Notes: generated by a model from the sequence alone, not told the origin. A DNA stretch of 10,781 nucleotides from Promethearchaeota archaeon (GCA_027031765.1 JALVPN010000166.1:1-10781), one strand, 5' to 3'. Numbered from the stretch's first letter, positions 1 to 8,900 are shown. Translations and numbers: made by a program.

Positions 1-337
1 TGTTCACCACAGCAAAGGTCACGTTGTACAGCGTCCAACCGTCCAGCTGGAAATCCCGGAAGCTGACTTGCCCGCGATGTGTACTGGTATTAGAGTACGA
101 GTTGAGGATGTCGGTTCGCAGCAGGTCGAACCTGCGCGACATGTACTGGACACCAGTCTGTGCAGTCCCTGTGCCCGTCACCTGCGAATGCTTGTTCTGG
201 ACGACCGGGATGATACCCCGGGTCGGATTTTCGGAGACCGGCCCTGATGACAGTGTGGTCGCGGGCGGCATCACTGGCACAACTACTAGCATGATTATGG
301 CAAGAGCAAGGACGGGAACTCCTAGTTTCATTCTCAT
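1..337 (-). CDS. Secreted/surface protein, N-terminal 112 aa only (runs off the left edge)
   Basis: Manual translation of the minus strand from ATG 337 is open to the window edge: MRMKLGVPVLALAIIMLVVVPVMPPATTLSSGPVSENPTRGIIPVVQNKHSQVTGTGTAQTGVQYMSRRFDLLRTDILNSYSNTSTHRGQVSFRDFQLDGWTLYNVTFAVVN. Basic N-terminus plus hydrophobic core (signal peptide), and sequons NTS and NVT. Not in the ORF track because there is no stop in the window. Alternative start ATG 331 with GAGTGAT as SD-like site. Confidence 0.85.
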   Translation of the reverse strand, partial: MRMKLGVPVLALAIIMLVVVPVMPPATTLSSGPVSENPTRGIIPVVQNKHSQVTGTGTAQTGVQYMSRRFDLLRTDILNSYSNTSTHRGQVSFRDFQLDGWTLYNVTFAVVN

Positions 338-416
338 CACTCAGCACGGGCGTGTTGACGTGGAGTATGTCAAACAGGACTGTCATACATCCGGGTTTCA
401 ATAATACGTCAGCTGG

Positions 417-423
417 TTATATA
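417..423 (-). promoter_or_regulatory. Candidate archaeal TATA box for the left-edge gene
   Basis: TTATATA on + (TATATAA on -), the most AT-rich spot of the 338-627 intergenic region, about 80 nt upstream of ATG 337. No clear BRE. Confidence 0.4.
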
Positions 424-441
424 CGTATCCGAAAGTCTTCC

Positions 442-461
442 GACGGTGACAGACCGTCACC
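442..461. promoter_or_regulatory. Overlapping double inverted repeat, candidate operator
   Basis: GACGGT-N5-ACCGTC (442-458) overlaps GGTGAC-N5-GTCACC (445-461), about 20 nt from the TATA-like box. Confidence 0.3.
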
Positions 462-546
462 CATTCACAGGGGCAGAGCGAATCCAGTCGCCACAGACCA
501 CGTAGATACTCAAGACCCCATGAGGATTGCCGGGATAACTACGGGT

Positions 547-570
547 GTCCCATGCGGATGCGTATGGGAC
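547..570. terminator. Stem-loop downstream of the nitrilase gene (possible terminator or 3' stability element)
   Basis: GTCCCATGCG-GATG-CGTATGGGAC: 10-bp stem with one G-U pair as read on + (a mismatch on -), 58-81 nt past the nitrilase stop. No U-tract follows. Confidence 0.3.
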
Positions 571-627
571 GGGAAATGTCAAATGAACTGTCAGATATCA
601 GGTGTCGCCAGTGAGCGGGACGCCTAC

Positions 628-1461
628 TCAGGGCCGCACAATGATGGGGTCGGGATAGTGTGGTAGGCGGTCCTCGAAACATGTGATTGCGCTGCGGGCC
701 GCCTCCACTACACTGGTGTCGCAGAGGACTGTGACCATGCCGGGCTCTGATGTGAGCCTGTTGAGGCGTTGCCCCCACGGGTCCACGACCTGACTGTGTC
801 CGAAGTAGGTCTTGCCGTCAAAGCCTAGGCCCACGCGGTTGACTGCGGCGACATAGAGCTGGTTCTCGATTGCCCGTGCTGTGACGAGTGTGTCCCAGTG
901 GTGCGCACGGGGGTCGGGGAACGCGGCCGGGACTATGAGGAGCTCTGCACCTGCAAGGGCGAGGGCGCGCGCGACCTCGGGGAACCGGATGTCGTAGCAG
1001 ATGAGGACACCAGTCCTGACACCGGGGAGGTCGAACAGCACGGGGTGTGTACCGGGCAGGAACACATCGCGCTCCTCTTGGAACGGGTGGACTTTGCGAT
1101 AGTGCCCCACGACGTCGCCGGTGGGAGAGGCCATGACGAGTGTATTGTAGAACCTGTTGCCGGCCTGCTCGATGTCCGTCCCCACGACGTAGGCGCCCCT
1201 GTCCTCTGCTAGCCGGGTGATGAACTCGGTGGCGGGACCAGGCACTCCAGGTCCAGCCCTGTGGAAGTCCTCGTGCCGGAAACCGATGGCGAAGAGTTCT
1301 GGCAGCACTACGAACTCGGTCACGGACGGCTTGGGGACACACTTGAGGGCCCTCCGGGCGGTATCGAAGTTGGCCCCACGCTGTCCTTCGGTGCACGGGA
1401 GCTGCAGACCGGTGATAGCGAACTGCACCACATGACGCCCCTGCTCTGTCAGTGCCACCAC
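628..1461 (-). CDS. Carbon-nitrogen hydrolase, nitrilase superfamily (omega-amidase/Nit2-YafV-like)
   Basis: Catalytic triad E55 (VVLPEL), K123 (YRKVH) and C155 (ICYDIRFPE), plus family motifs FYNT, ARAIENQ, N-x-VG and FGHSQVVDPWG. Start uncertain: GTG 1461 (AGGTGAG upstream) or GTG 1431/1428. Substrate cannot be assigned from sequence. Confidence 0.95.
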   Translation of the reverse strand: MVALTEQGRHVVQFAITGLQLPCTEGQRGANFDTARRALKCVPKPSVTEFVVLPELFAIGFRHEDFHRAGPGVPGPATEFITRLAEDRGAYVVGTDIEQAGNRFYNTLVMASPTGDVVGHYRKVHPFQEERDVFLPGTHPVLFDLPGVRTGVLICYDIRFPEVARALALAGAELLIVPAAFPDPRAHHWDTLVTARAIENQLYVAAVNRVGLGFDGKTYFGHSQVVDPWGQRLNRLTSEPGMVTVLCDTSVVEAARSAITCFEDRLPHYPDPIIVRP

Positions 1462-1524
1462 AGAGAGGGGCTCACCTTAAGGCTGCTGCTGTCCATGCAG
1501 AGGGCGTCGCGCGTCCCTGTGCTG

Positions 1525-1532
1525 TTATATGA
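1525..1532. promoter_or_regulatory. TATA-like element between the divergent nitrilase and Ca-repeat gene
   Basis: TTATATGA in the short divergent spacer; direction is unresolved. A CCTTAAGG palindrome at 1475-1482 is an alternative core element for the nitrilase gene. Confidence 0.3.
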
Positions 1533-1546
1533 CGCATCTTGCATGA

Positions 1547-2184
1547 CCCGGGGTACAACAGTCTGAAAGTACCAGTCCGGCCGGCGTGGCATGGTGTGGC
1601 GAGGTTCTGGAGGCGCACGCCGGGACGGACGGTGCACTCCTCTGGAGCATGTACCGAGAGGGCTATGTCGAGGCGGGACTGTATCTCCGCACCTATCACT
1701 GTACTGAGGATTTGGCTGGGACCAGCGATGGACACCAGGACACCGACAACGACGGCATGAGCGATGGTTGCGAGGTGGCAAGTATACTGGATTCCCTGCG
1801 TGCTGATGATGCGGGGGGGGGGACACAGCCGGCGATAGGGCTACTAACCTTTCGGAGTTCGCAGCAGGTACGTGGGCGAACAACTCACACTTGGACTCGG
1901 ACGGCATGCTCGACGGTTGCGAGATTGACAATGCTCTCGACCAGCTCACCAATGGTGCTGATGATGACCTTGACGGTGACGTACCGTCGAACATCGAGGA
2001 GTTCAACAGAGGAACACGGGTCGACCTCGCTGACACAGATGGTGATCTTGTACTGGACGGCATAGCGGTTTTCCTCCCCATCAGCCGAGAGGACCCCGTA
2101 GACCTCATCCTGGTCTGGACTGCGACCTCTGTGGTCATTGTCGCAGCAGTTGCCTACCGCTATAGGCGCCGCATGGGGATCTAG
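1547..2184 (+). pseudogene. Frameshifted, 5'-truncated membrane-anchored protein with acidic Ca-binding (DxDxDG, thrombospondin type-3-like) repeats
   Basis: The frame of ORF 1586 encodes ...AHAGTDGALLWS...QDTDNDGMSDGCEVASILDSLRADDAG up to the G10 run. The frame of ORF 1891 continues the repeat right after the run: DTAGDRATNLSEFAAGTWANNSHLDSDGMLDGCEIDNALDQLTNGADDDLDGDVPSNIEEFNRGTRVDLADTDGD, then TM helix LILVWTATSVVIVAAVAY and RYRRR, stop TAG 2184. The upstream frame is closed by TGA 1544-1546, with no signal peptide. Confidence 0.75.
1813..1822 (+). repeat. G10 homopolymer at the frameshift junction
   Basis: GC-GGGGGGGGGG-ACAC. A run of 8 or 11 G restores one frame; G8 gives DDAGGDTAGD, matching the second repeat NGADDDLDGD. 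Confidence 0.9.
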
Positions 2185-2370
2185 TCCGCGGCGCTACCAG
2201 AGTGCCCACTGGTCTGTTGTACCAGAGTTTGTGGCTGCCCACCATGCCGTGCACATCATCAGACTGGTAGTGCTACCGGCTGAGGGCACGAGGATGACCT
2301 GATGTCTGATGAGCGGTACAGTGGCGCGTCCAGATAGCGGTCAGGGCTACCACCCAATCTAGACAGCTGC

Positions 2371-2379
2371 CTTTTTAGG
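2371..2379 (+). promoter_or_regulatory. T-rich tract: weak TATA candidate for the 2424 gene, or terminator of the upstream unit
   Basis: CTTTTTAGG about 45-50 nt upstream of ATG 2424; the only T-tract in this spacer. Confidence 0.25.
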
Positions 2380-2423
2380 TGGGCGTGCACACCTTCTGAC
2401 TGTACTCTCCGAGTTGAACTGAT

Positions 2424-5400
2424 ATGGAAAGCCGCCGCCTCTTGACCCTTCTTTTCTTGGTAGCACTGTTCAGTACGAGTGTGCTTGTCGTAGTGACACC
2501 ATACCAGTACGGGTATGGCGACCATGCACTGGCCAGCCCCAAGAGCGCCAGTGGTCGTACCTACCGGGACCCGGGTACGGGCCCTGTGGGGCCATCCACC
2601 ATGGCCCAAGGTGGGGTTGAACGCATATACGGACTGCGCACGAACATTGTCCGCAATCCCAGCTTCGACGAGTTCGTTGGCCACCGGCCAGCGGGTTTCG
2701 CTGTCGGGCGCTCCGTCTACACGTTGGCCAACACTTCGTATGATGGGCTGGTGAGCAACGGGTCAAAGTCCGCGCTCCTTGAGAGCCGGGGTTCCGAGGA
2801 CGCGCCTGCCGCCGCCTACGTCTACCAGTTCCTGTCGCCCGCGGCCTACGCAAAGGACAACGTCACACTTGACTTGGACTGGTACGTGAAACAGGTTGCA
2901 GACATGTCAGAGGACATGGCCTACTTCTACGTCGACCTGAGGACAAAGAACGGGTCCAACAACTACCACTACTTGCGATACTATCTTCTGTACGGTTCTC
3001 AGATTTCGTTGTCGAACAGCTCATGGGTGACATCCTACGGCCTGAACAATACGGTGAGTGAATGGCACCATCTATCAAGGAACCTGACACGCGACCTGGT
3101 GGAGTCCCCGACCCTCGGGTACCACAACGACTCCACACGCACCATCGAGTCAATCACACTATACCTGTATACAGGATACAGTTATCCGGTAATCGGACAG
3201 GTCGTTGTGGACGCCATTGCTATCAAAGACGGGGTGGGGCAAGAGTATCTGATTGACGGTGACTTCGAGTACGGCTCGTGGTTCTGGGTTGGCAGCCGGT
3301 CATCTGATGCGTTCATCCGACAGACAACGGATGCCGTGACAGCACCTGCGGCACTCAACATGACATCTAAGACTGCCAAAGATACAATGACCGCATATGC
3401 CTACGTGTCGCGGAGCCTTGGGACGGACAAAGCGCTCCGTGCGGACGCACCGGGGGACACGGTCATCAGCTTTGACTGGAAGGCAGACCTGACGTCAGAC
3501 TCCGGGGGCGCAGCTGCATATCTGAGAGTTTCCTTCACCACGGGGACGAACTACTATCATGTCTACTGGTTGCTTGCACACGACAGGGGTGACATGTCGC
3601 AGTACAGCAACAGCAGTTCGACCCTGTACGTGGCCGACCCCAACTTCGGCACCCTGAGCTCCTGGGTACACACGGACGTTGATGCATACGACCTCGCCAC
3701 GGGCCTAGGACTTTCCAATGTGAGCCTCTATTACATCTCGCTCCGGTGTTTCTCCGGTACGAATGCGGGGTCGCGCATGCAGTTGCTGGCAGACAACTTC
3801 GAGGTGCAGACATTCCCAGCAGCAGACCCGTTCTTTGAGAGTGCGTGGCGCAGCACGGCCTCGGCACCAGTCAACATGTGGTCATTCTCCGGACATGCGC
3901 GGGCCGCACACTACACAGACGTTGCCCATTCAGGCGCCCACGCCGCGAACCTGACATCATGGGATGGGACAACAATCCTTGACAGGGAGACCTTCATGCG
4001 GGTCTCCCCAGGACACTCCACTGACTTCTGGTGGCGACTCGACTCTACAGTCCCGGGCACGGCGTGGCACGCAAGCATCGTCCTCCAGTTCGAGGGCGGC
4101 TTTTCGGTCCAATACGACCTTGCCAGCGCACAGTACTCGCCCAGCAACACCTCCAACTCCTTGTTCTACCGTGTCGACGGGTTCAACACTACCGGTCAGT
4201 GGCTCAACCTCAGGCGGAACATGACGCGAGACCTTGAGCCTCTAGACCCGTGGTTCTCCGACACGCAGTGGAACCTCACACAGATCTCACTCAGGGTCTA
4301 CTCGGATGCTGCGGATAGGGGGCCTGTGGTCCTCTTTGACGACATAGACTTCAACGACGCGGGGCCACCGACACTGGTGAGCCATGTGCGGACACCGTGG
4401 CTACCTGCCTACTATGAAGGGGCTAGCGTCACGGCTACAGTCACAGACGATGCTGCGGGTGTAGAGTCCTGTACGCTGAGGTACCGTGCTGGCACCGGTC
4501 CCTGGACCGAAGTGCCCATGCACTTGTCAGGCGGCGCATACGCGGCATCCATTCCAGACTATCCCTACAACACCACCGTCCAGTACTGGATAGTGGCTGT
4601 GGACTGGTGTGGTTCCGAGGGCCTCTTGGGCAATGGTAGTGAGCCCTTCACCTACGTGGTGCAGGACCCTGTGCCGCCCGTTGTCAGCATTACGTCGCCA
4701 GCAGACGGTACCACAGTGCGGGAGAATGTGACGATAGCGGCTGATGCTGCTGACGAGGGTAGTATCGTGGACCATGTGACGCTACTTGTTGACGGAGAGG
4801 TCGTAGGCAATGACAGCAGCACCCCGTGGAGTATCGTCTGGGACTCCAGGACGGTCTCCAATGGGGAGCACAACATCACTGTGGCTGCACACGATGTTGC
4901 CGGGAACATGCAGTGGGACAGCATTAACCTGACGACTGCCAACGACTTTGAACCACCTGCCTTCTCACAGCCGGTCACTGTACCGGGCACCCCGACGATG
5001 GACGACCAGATCGTAGTCTACATTGGCGTTTCTGACGAGTCGGACATTGCCGGTGTGACCCTATACTACCGGTTCGGCAACGGCTCCTGGGACTCGGTCG
5101 CAATGGTGCCGTATGGAGGGCTGTACTCGGGTGTCATTGAGGCGGCGGGTCATGTGACGACCCTCTACTACTATGTTGTTGCCGTGGACGAATACGACCA
5201 GTCATCAAGTGCAGGGAGTCCGGACGGACCGTTCTCAGTGGCAGTCACAGGCGACAACGACCCGCCCACGATATCACAGGTGATCACTTCGCCAACGGAA
5301 CCCGTCTATGGGCAGCCTGTGCTGATGACGGCAGTGGTCACCGACGAGTCTGGCGTGGCGAATGTCACCCTGTACTACCGGATTGGCGATGGCAGTTGGG

Positions 5401-5984
5401 TCGGTCAGCCCATGGAGGGCACTGGCGGGGTCTACAACGCGACCATCCCTGCTCAGGACTGGGGAGTTGTCGTACGGTACTACGTCAATGCAACCGACAC
5501 CCTCGGGATCACCGGGCAGGCCGGTTCACGGGCGGATCCACTGTCATACGTAGTCGGTGATGCAACACCCCCCGTCCTTCAAGTGATGTCCCCGCAGGGC
5601 GATGCATGGAGCGGGAACGTAAGCATCGAGGTGTTTGCGTCCGACGAGGGGAGCGGTGTGGAGAGCATAGAGGTCATGGTCGATGGCTCTACAGTGGGGA
5701 CCTGGGCAGGCGGCACAGTCACAGTGGCTATTGACACTACGGCCCTCAAGAATGGCGGACACACACTGGTGATAGTGGCCGCGGACGGTGCTGGGAACAG
5801 TGTCGAGTGGCGTAGGGAGTTCACAGTGGCGAACCCTGCCGGTCTTGACGCCGTAGCTGCGGCGGTGCAACAGCTCTTCCGCCAGTACGGTCTCCTGCTC
5901 GGTGCAGGCACCGTGGTTCTGGGCGTGGTCATATGGGAGCTGGTACGACGGAGGCGTACTGCACAGGGAGGCGAGGCATCATGA
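2424..5984 (+). CDS. Large cell-surface glycoprotein A: 3 CBM4/9-like domains, 5 Ig-like modules, C-terminal TM anchor
   Basis: 1186 aa. Signal peptide MESRRLLTLLFLVALFSTSVLVVV. Heads start NIVRNPSFDE, YLIDGDFEY and FPAADPFFE, and end VVVDAIAI, LLADNFEV and LFDDIDF. Ig-like modules start D-x-x-PP, two with Big-type DxAGN motifs. TM YGLLLGAGTVVLGVVIWELV followed by RRRR. About 27 N-X-S/T sequons. Confidence 0.93.
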   Translation: MESRRLLTLLFLVALFSTSVLVVVTPYQYGYGDHALASPKSASGRTYRDPGTGPVGPSTMAQGGVERIYGLRTNIVRNPSFDEFVGHRPAGFAVGRSVYTLANTSYDGLVSNGSKSALLESRGSEDAPAAAYVYQFLSPAAYAKDNVTLDLDWYVKQVADMSEDMAYFYVDLRTKNGSNNYHYLRYYLLYGSQISLSNSSWVTSYGLNNTVSEWHHLSRNLTRDLVESPTLGYHNDSTRTIESITLYLYTGYSYPVIGQVVVDAIAIKDGVGQEYLIDGDFEYGSWFWVGSRSSDAFIRQTTDAVTAPAALNMTSKTAKDTMTAYAYVSRSLGTDKALRADAPGDTVISFDWKADLTSDSGGAAAYLRVSFTTGTNYYHVYWLLAHDRGDMSQYSNSSSTLYVADPNFGTLSSWVHTDVDAYDLATGLGLSNVSLYYISLRCFSGTNAGSRMQLLADNFEVQTFPAADPFFESAWRSTASAPVNMWSFSGHARAAHYTDVAHSGAHAANLTSWDGTTILDRETFMRVSPGHSTDFWWRLDSTVPGTAWHASIVLQFEGGFSVQYDLASAQYSPSNTSNSLFYRVDGFNTTGQWLNLRRNMTRDLEPLDPWFSDTQWNLTQISLRVYSDAADRGPVVLFDDIDFNDAGPPTLVSHVRTPWLPAYYEGASVTATVTDDAAGVESCTLRYRAGTGPWTEVPMHLSGGAYAASIPDYPYNTTVQYWIVAVDWCGSEGLLGNGSEPFTYVVQDPVPPVVSITSPADGTTVRENVTIAADAADEGSIVDHVTLLVDGEVVGNDSSTPWSIVWDSRTVSNGEHNITVAAHDVAGNMQWDSINLTTANDFEPPAFSQPVTVPGTPTMDDQIVVYIGVSDESDIAGVTLYYRFGNGSWDSVAMVPYGGLYSGVIEAAGHVTTLYYYVVAVDEYDQSSSAGSPDGPFSVAVTGDNDPPTISQVITSPTEPVYGQPVLMTAVVTDESGVANVTLYYRIGDGSWVGQPMEGTGGVYNATIPAQDWGVVVRYYVNATDTLGITGQAGSRADPLSYVVGDATPPVLQVMSPQGDAWSGNVSIEVFASDEGSGVESIEVMVDGSTVGTWAGGTVTVAIDTTALKNGGHTLVIVAADGAGNSVEWRREFTVANPAGLDAVAAAVQQLFRQYGLLLGAGTVVLGVVIWELVRRRRTAQGGEAS
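2643..4355 (+). repeat. Three tandem CBM4/9-like (galactose-binding jelly-roll) head domains of protein A
   Basis: Repeats start near 2643, 3246 and 3813. Shared elements: (N/D)xxF(D/E), a HSG/SNGS-x-x-A-x-L segment, DW or FWW, a W-x-x-x-x-RN(L/M)TRDL-like strand and a terminal acidic DxxxI/F strand. The fold assignment is motif recall, not a search result. Confidence 0.65.
4356..5837 (+). repeat. Ig-like stalk of protein A, order X-Y-X-X-Y
   Basis: Modules start at 4356, 4665, 4944, 5253 and 5559. Type X (~102 aa): D..PP...V(T/S)D..GV..VTLYYR.G.G.W..V.M..GG.Y...IP...V.Y...A.D. Type Y (~92 aa): PP...SP......V.I...A.DEGS.V......VDG..V......D....NG.H.....A.D.AGN. Confidence 0.8.
5967..5984 (+). 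promoter_or_regulatory. SD plus ATGA stop/start overlap (translational coupling of A and B)
   Basis: GGAGGCGAGGCATC-ATGA: ATG 5981-5983 of gene B overlaps TGA 5982-5984 of gene A, with GGAGG at 5967-5971. Confidence 0.8.
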
Positions 5985-8900
5985 GGAGGTCGAGAATAAT
6001 GAGGCCAGGTATGTGGGCATGGCTGCTGCTCCTGTTGGGCCTGGTCATGCTGATGGGACAGCCAGTTGCAACGGACGGCATTTCGCCTGCGGACAGTGGA
6101 ACCAGGGACTCCAGCCAGAGGGTACAGCCCACACCCATCGTGAAGGGTGACAACGTCCTGTCAGACACTGGTGAAACCCCAGTCCGGCGCAATGTGCTCT
6201 ACAACCCGAGTTTTGAGATGGGAGGCATGAGAGACATCCCGAGCGGGTGGTCAGCCTATGGTACCGTACTGCTGCGCACAAATGCGTCCTACGGCAAGGA
6301 CTCTGTCAGTGGTACTCACTGCGGTCGGGCCTACGTCGGCGGGACGTACCAGTGGTCTGGGACATCTACCTTGTGGCAGGGCCTGAGTGACAGGCCGTGG
6401 CTCAACGAGTCGGTCACTTTTGCGGTGGCGGTCAAGCCGATTTCAGCCGACTTCTCAAGAGACTCGTGCCTCAGTGTTGGCGTCGTCGTCTACTCGTACC
6501 AGGACAGTGCGGCCTATGAGCTCAGGTATCAGGTCTTCCGTGGGGCCTCTCCATGGAGCAACCAGACCCGCATGAAGTACGTCCTCGTGAACAAGACCCA
6601 GGGGGTGTGGTCCGTCGTGACGCGAAACGTGACACGGGACTTCCAGTCAGAGTTCGGCCTCGACCCTAGCCAGACGCAAGTAACGCGTGTCTACGCAATG
6701 GGGTTGAGTCTTGGCGGTTCGACAGTCCCGTCAGAACTGCATGTCGATGATGTCAACCTCCTGAACCGCACAGCATACAACTATGTTGCCAACCACGACT
6801 TTGAGGGGAGCGGCTCCTGGGGCACCGATAGCCCGCAGTCGCCGGCAATCATCGATCGCCAAGACGACACCGTGACACATGGCAGGTGGGCGGTGAACAT
6901 GACCACGCATAATCTCAATGCGAGCGACTCCAGCAGCGTTTCACTCAACAAATACTTCAGCTACCCGTGGGGGCCGTTTTGTACGGGGCCCAACACCCTT
7001 GTGCTCTCACTGGACTGGATGTACTGCCCCACGCTGGTCGGCCCTGGCGACTGGGCATATATCTCAGTAAGCATGCGCAACAGTACACACTTCCTCACAG
7101 TACGGTGGACCTTTGGCAGCGGTGGTGGCGATGTGTACGGGTCGAACAGCACTACATCGCTGGCACTGCCTGCTGAACACTTTGGGACCGTCAACACGTG
7201 GGTGCACTTTGAGGTCGACCTGTACGAGGTGTTCCAGGCGTTCACGTCGGGCCCGCTCAACCTGCGCGCAATATACCTACAGATGTACGACGCTACGGGG
7301 AACGAGAGCAAGCAGTGTCTGCTCGTGGACAATGTGGCACTGGTCACGTACCCCACCTACGACCCGGGCTTTGATGTGCAGATGGAACCGACATCGTCCT
7401 ATCCGACAGGGAGCTGGTACAGTTACGACCCGCCGTCAGAGGCAAACCTGACCAGCGACGCCCACACTGGGCCCACTGCTGCACGTACTACTGCGTCCCC
7501 GAACAGCATGGCCTACATGGTAGCATACACCTGGGTCGAGCTGACCGACGACCTGTGGACTGACATGTGGGCCAAGGTGGACCGTGTTGTGGGCTCGGAC
7601 TGGTCGGCGAGGATAGTCCTCGCCCTCAACAATACCTGGAACATACACTATGTGATCAATGCAAGTGGCACTCCTCTCGTCAACGGCACGTGGGACAAGT
7701 ATCTGCTGCCCGACGAGAGCCCTGCGGTCGGCGAGTGGGTCAACATCGTCAGGGCGCCACTTGAGGACGCACGGGCCGCACTTGGGCCTGGGAACTACTT
7801 CCTGAGCTCTGTAATGCTATACTTACGTACTGGGTCGTCCACCGAGGTGTCTGTGATATGGGATGACATCAACCTGGTCACGGACACCCACCCACCTGAA
7901 GTGGCGGATATTGCGACAGACCCAAGCAACCCTGTCTACGACAGTGACGTTGAGGTCAGCGCTATTGTGAGTGACAACATCGACCTCGAAACGGCCGAGC
8001 TCCACTACCGGGTCGACGGTGGCACCTACGTGGTCGTCCCGCTGCGCCCGCTGGGGGGCAGGCACAGGGCAACAATACCGGGGGCACCTTGGGGGACTGT
8101 GGTCGAGTACTACATCACAGCTACAGATCACAGTGGACACGTCACGACAGCGGACGATGGTGGTAGCCCCTTCACGTATACCGTGGGTGACACGCAGGTG
8201 CCATTTGTGGCGGTAGTCACCCCCTCGGACGGCGCGGTGGTCAGGGATACCGTGACAGTTGACGTACTGGTGCATGACCACAGCGAGAACGCCAGCGGCA
8301 TCGACCGCGTGGAGCTCCACATTGGTGGTGAGGTCGTGGCGACCAGCAACGCACCACCCTACCAGCTGGTGTGGGACTCGCGGGAGGTTGACAATGGCAC
8401 CTACGATGCTGAGGTGTGGGCCTTCGACAATGCTGGGAACCACAATGTGACATCGGTCACCATCGCACTCGACAATGACTTCGACCCACCCGTACTCAGG
8501 CTGCTGGAGGTCAGCCCGGCCCGTCCGATGCCAAATGGCACGCTCCAGCTACTGGTCGCCGCCACAGACAGGACGGGAGTGGACAGAGTCGTCGTCTACT
8601 ACTCGACTGGCGGGCCTGTCTGGCACGGGCTCCTGATGGATGCCGACATGGGGGTCTACAATGCGACAGTCCCCATCCCATCGGACAAGACTGGTACTCT
8701 CCAGTACTATGTCGTGGCCGTGGACTCGTACGGTCAGAGCTCAAGTATCGGTAACACGTTGAGCCCCATGACGGTCGACTGGGGCGACACCAGCCCGCCA
8801 GAAGTCCTTGGTATGGCCATCAACCCAGTAGCACCGGAGTACGACACCCCAGTGACAGTAGTGGTAACAGTACGTGATGAAAGCCCCGTCGCGAACGCAA

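Noticed and set aside
24-404. 126-aa plus-strand ORF (and 90..401 minus ORF)
   Set aside because: Antisense or off-frame shadows of the signal-peptide gene starting at 337 on the minus strand; no recognisable motifs.
1449-2138. 229-aa minus-strand ORF
   Set aside because: Ser/Arg/Pro-rich antisense shadow of the Ca-repeat gene; the plus strand carries the recognisable repeats and TM anchor.
2200-2335. CTGATGA cores on both strands, suggesting a hammerhead ribozyme or C/D-box sRNA
   Set aside because: No GAAA after a stem II and no properly placed cleavage triplet. The C/D-like boxes are not in the right order or spacing for guide regions.
5933-5980. Longer start for gene B from the ORF track
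   Set aside because: It adds 16 non-signal residues overlapping A's TM and tail. ATG 5981 has an SD, an ATGA overlap and a proper signal peptide.
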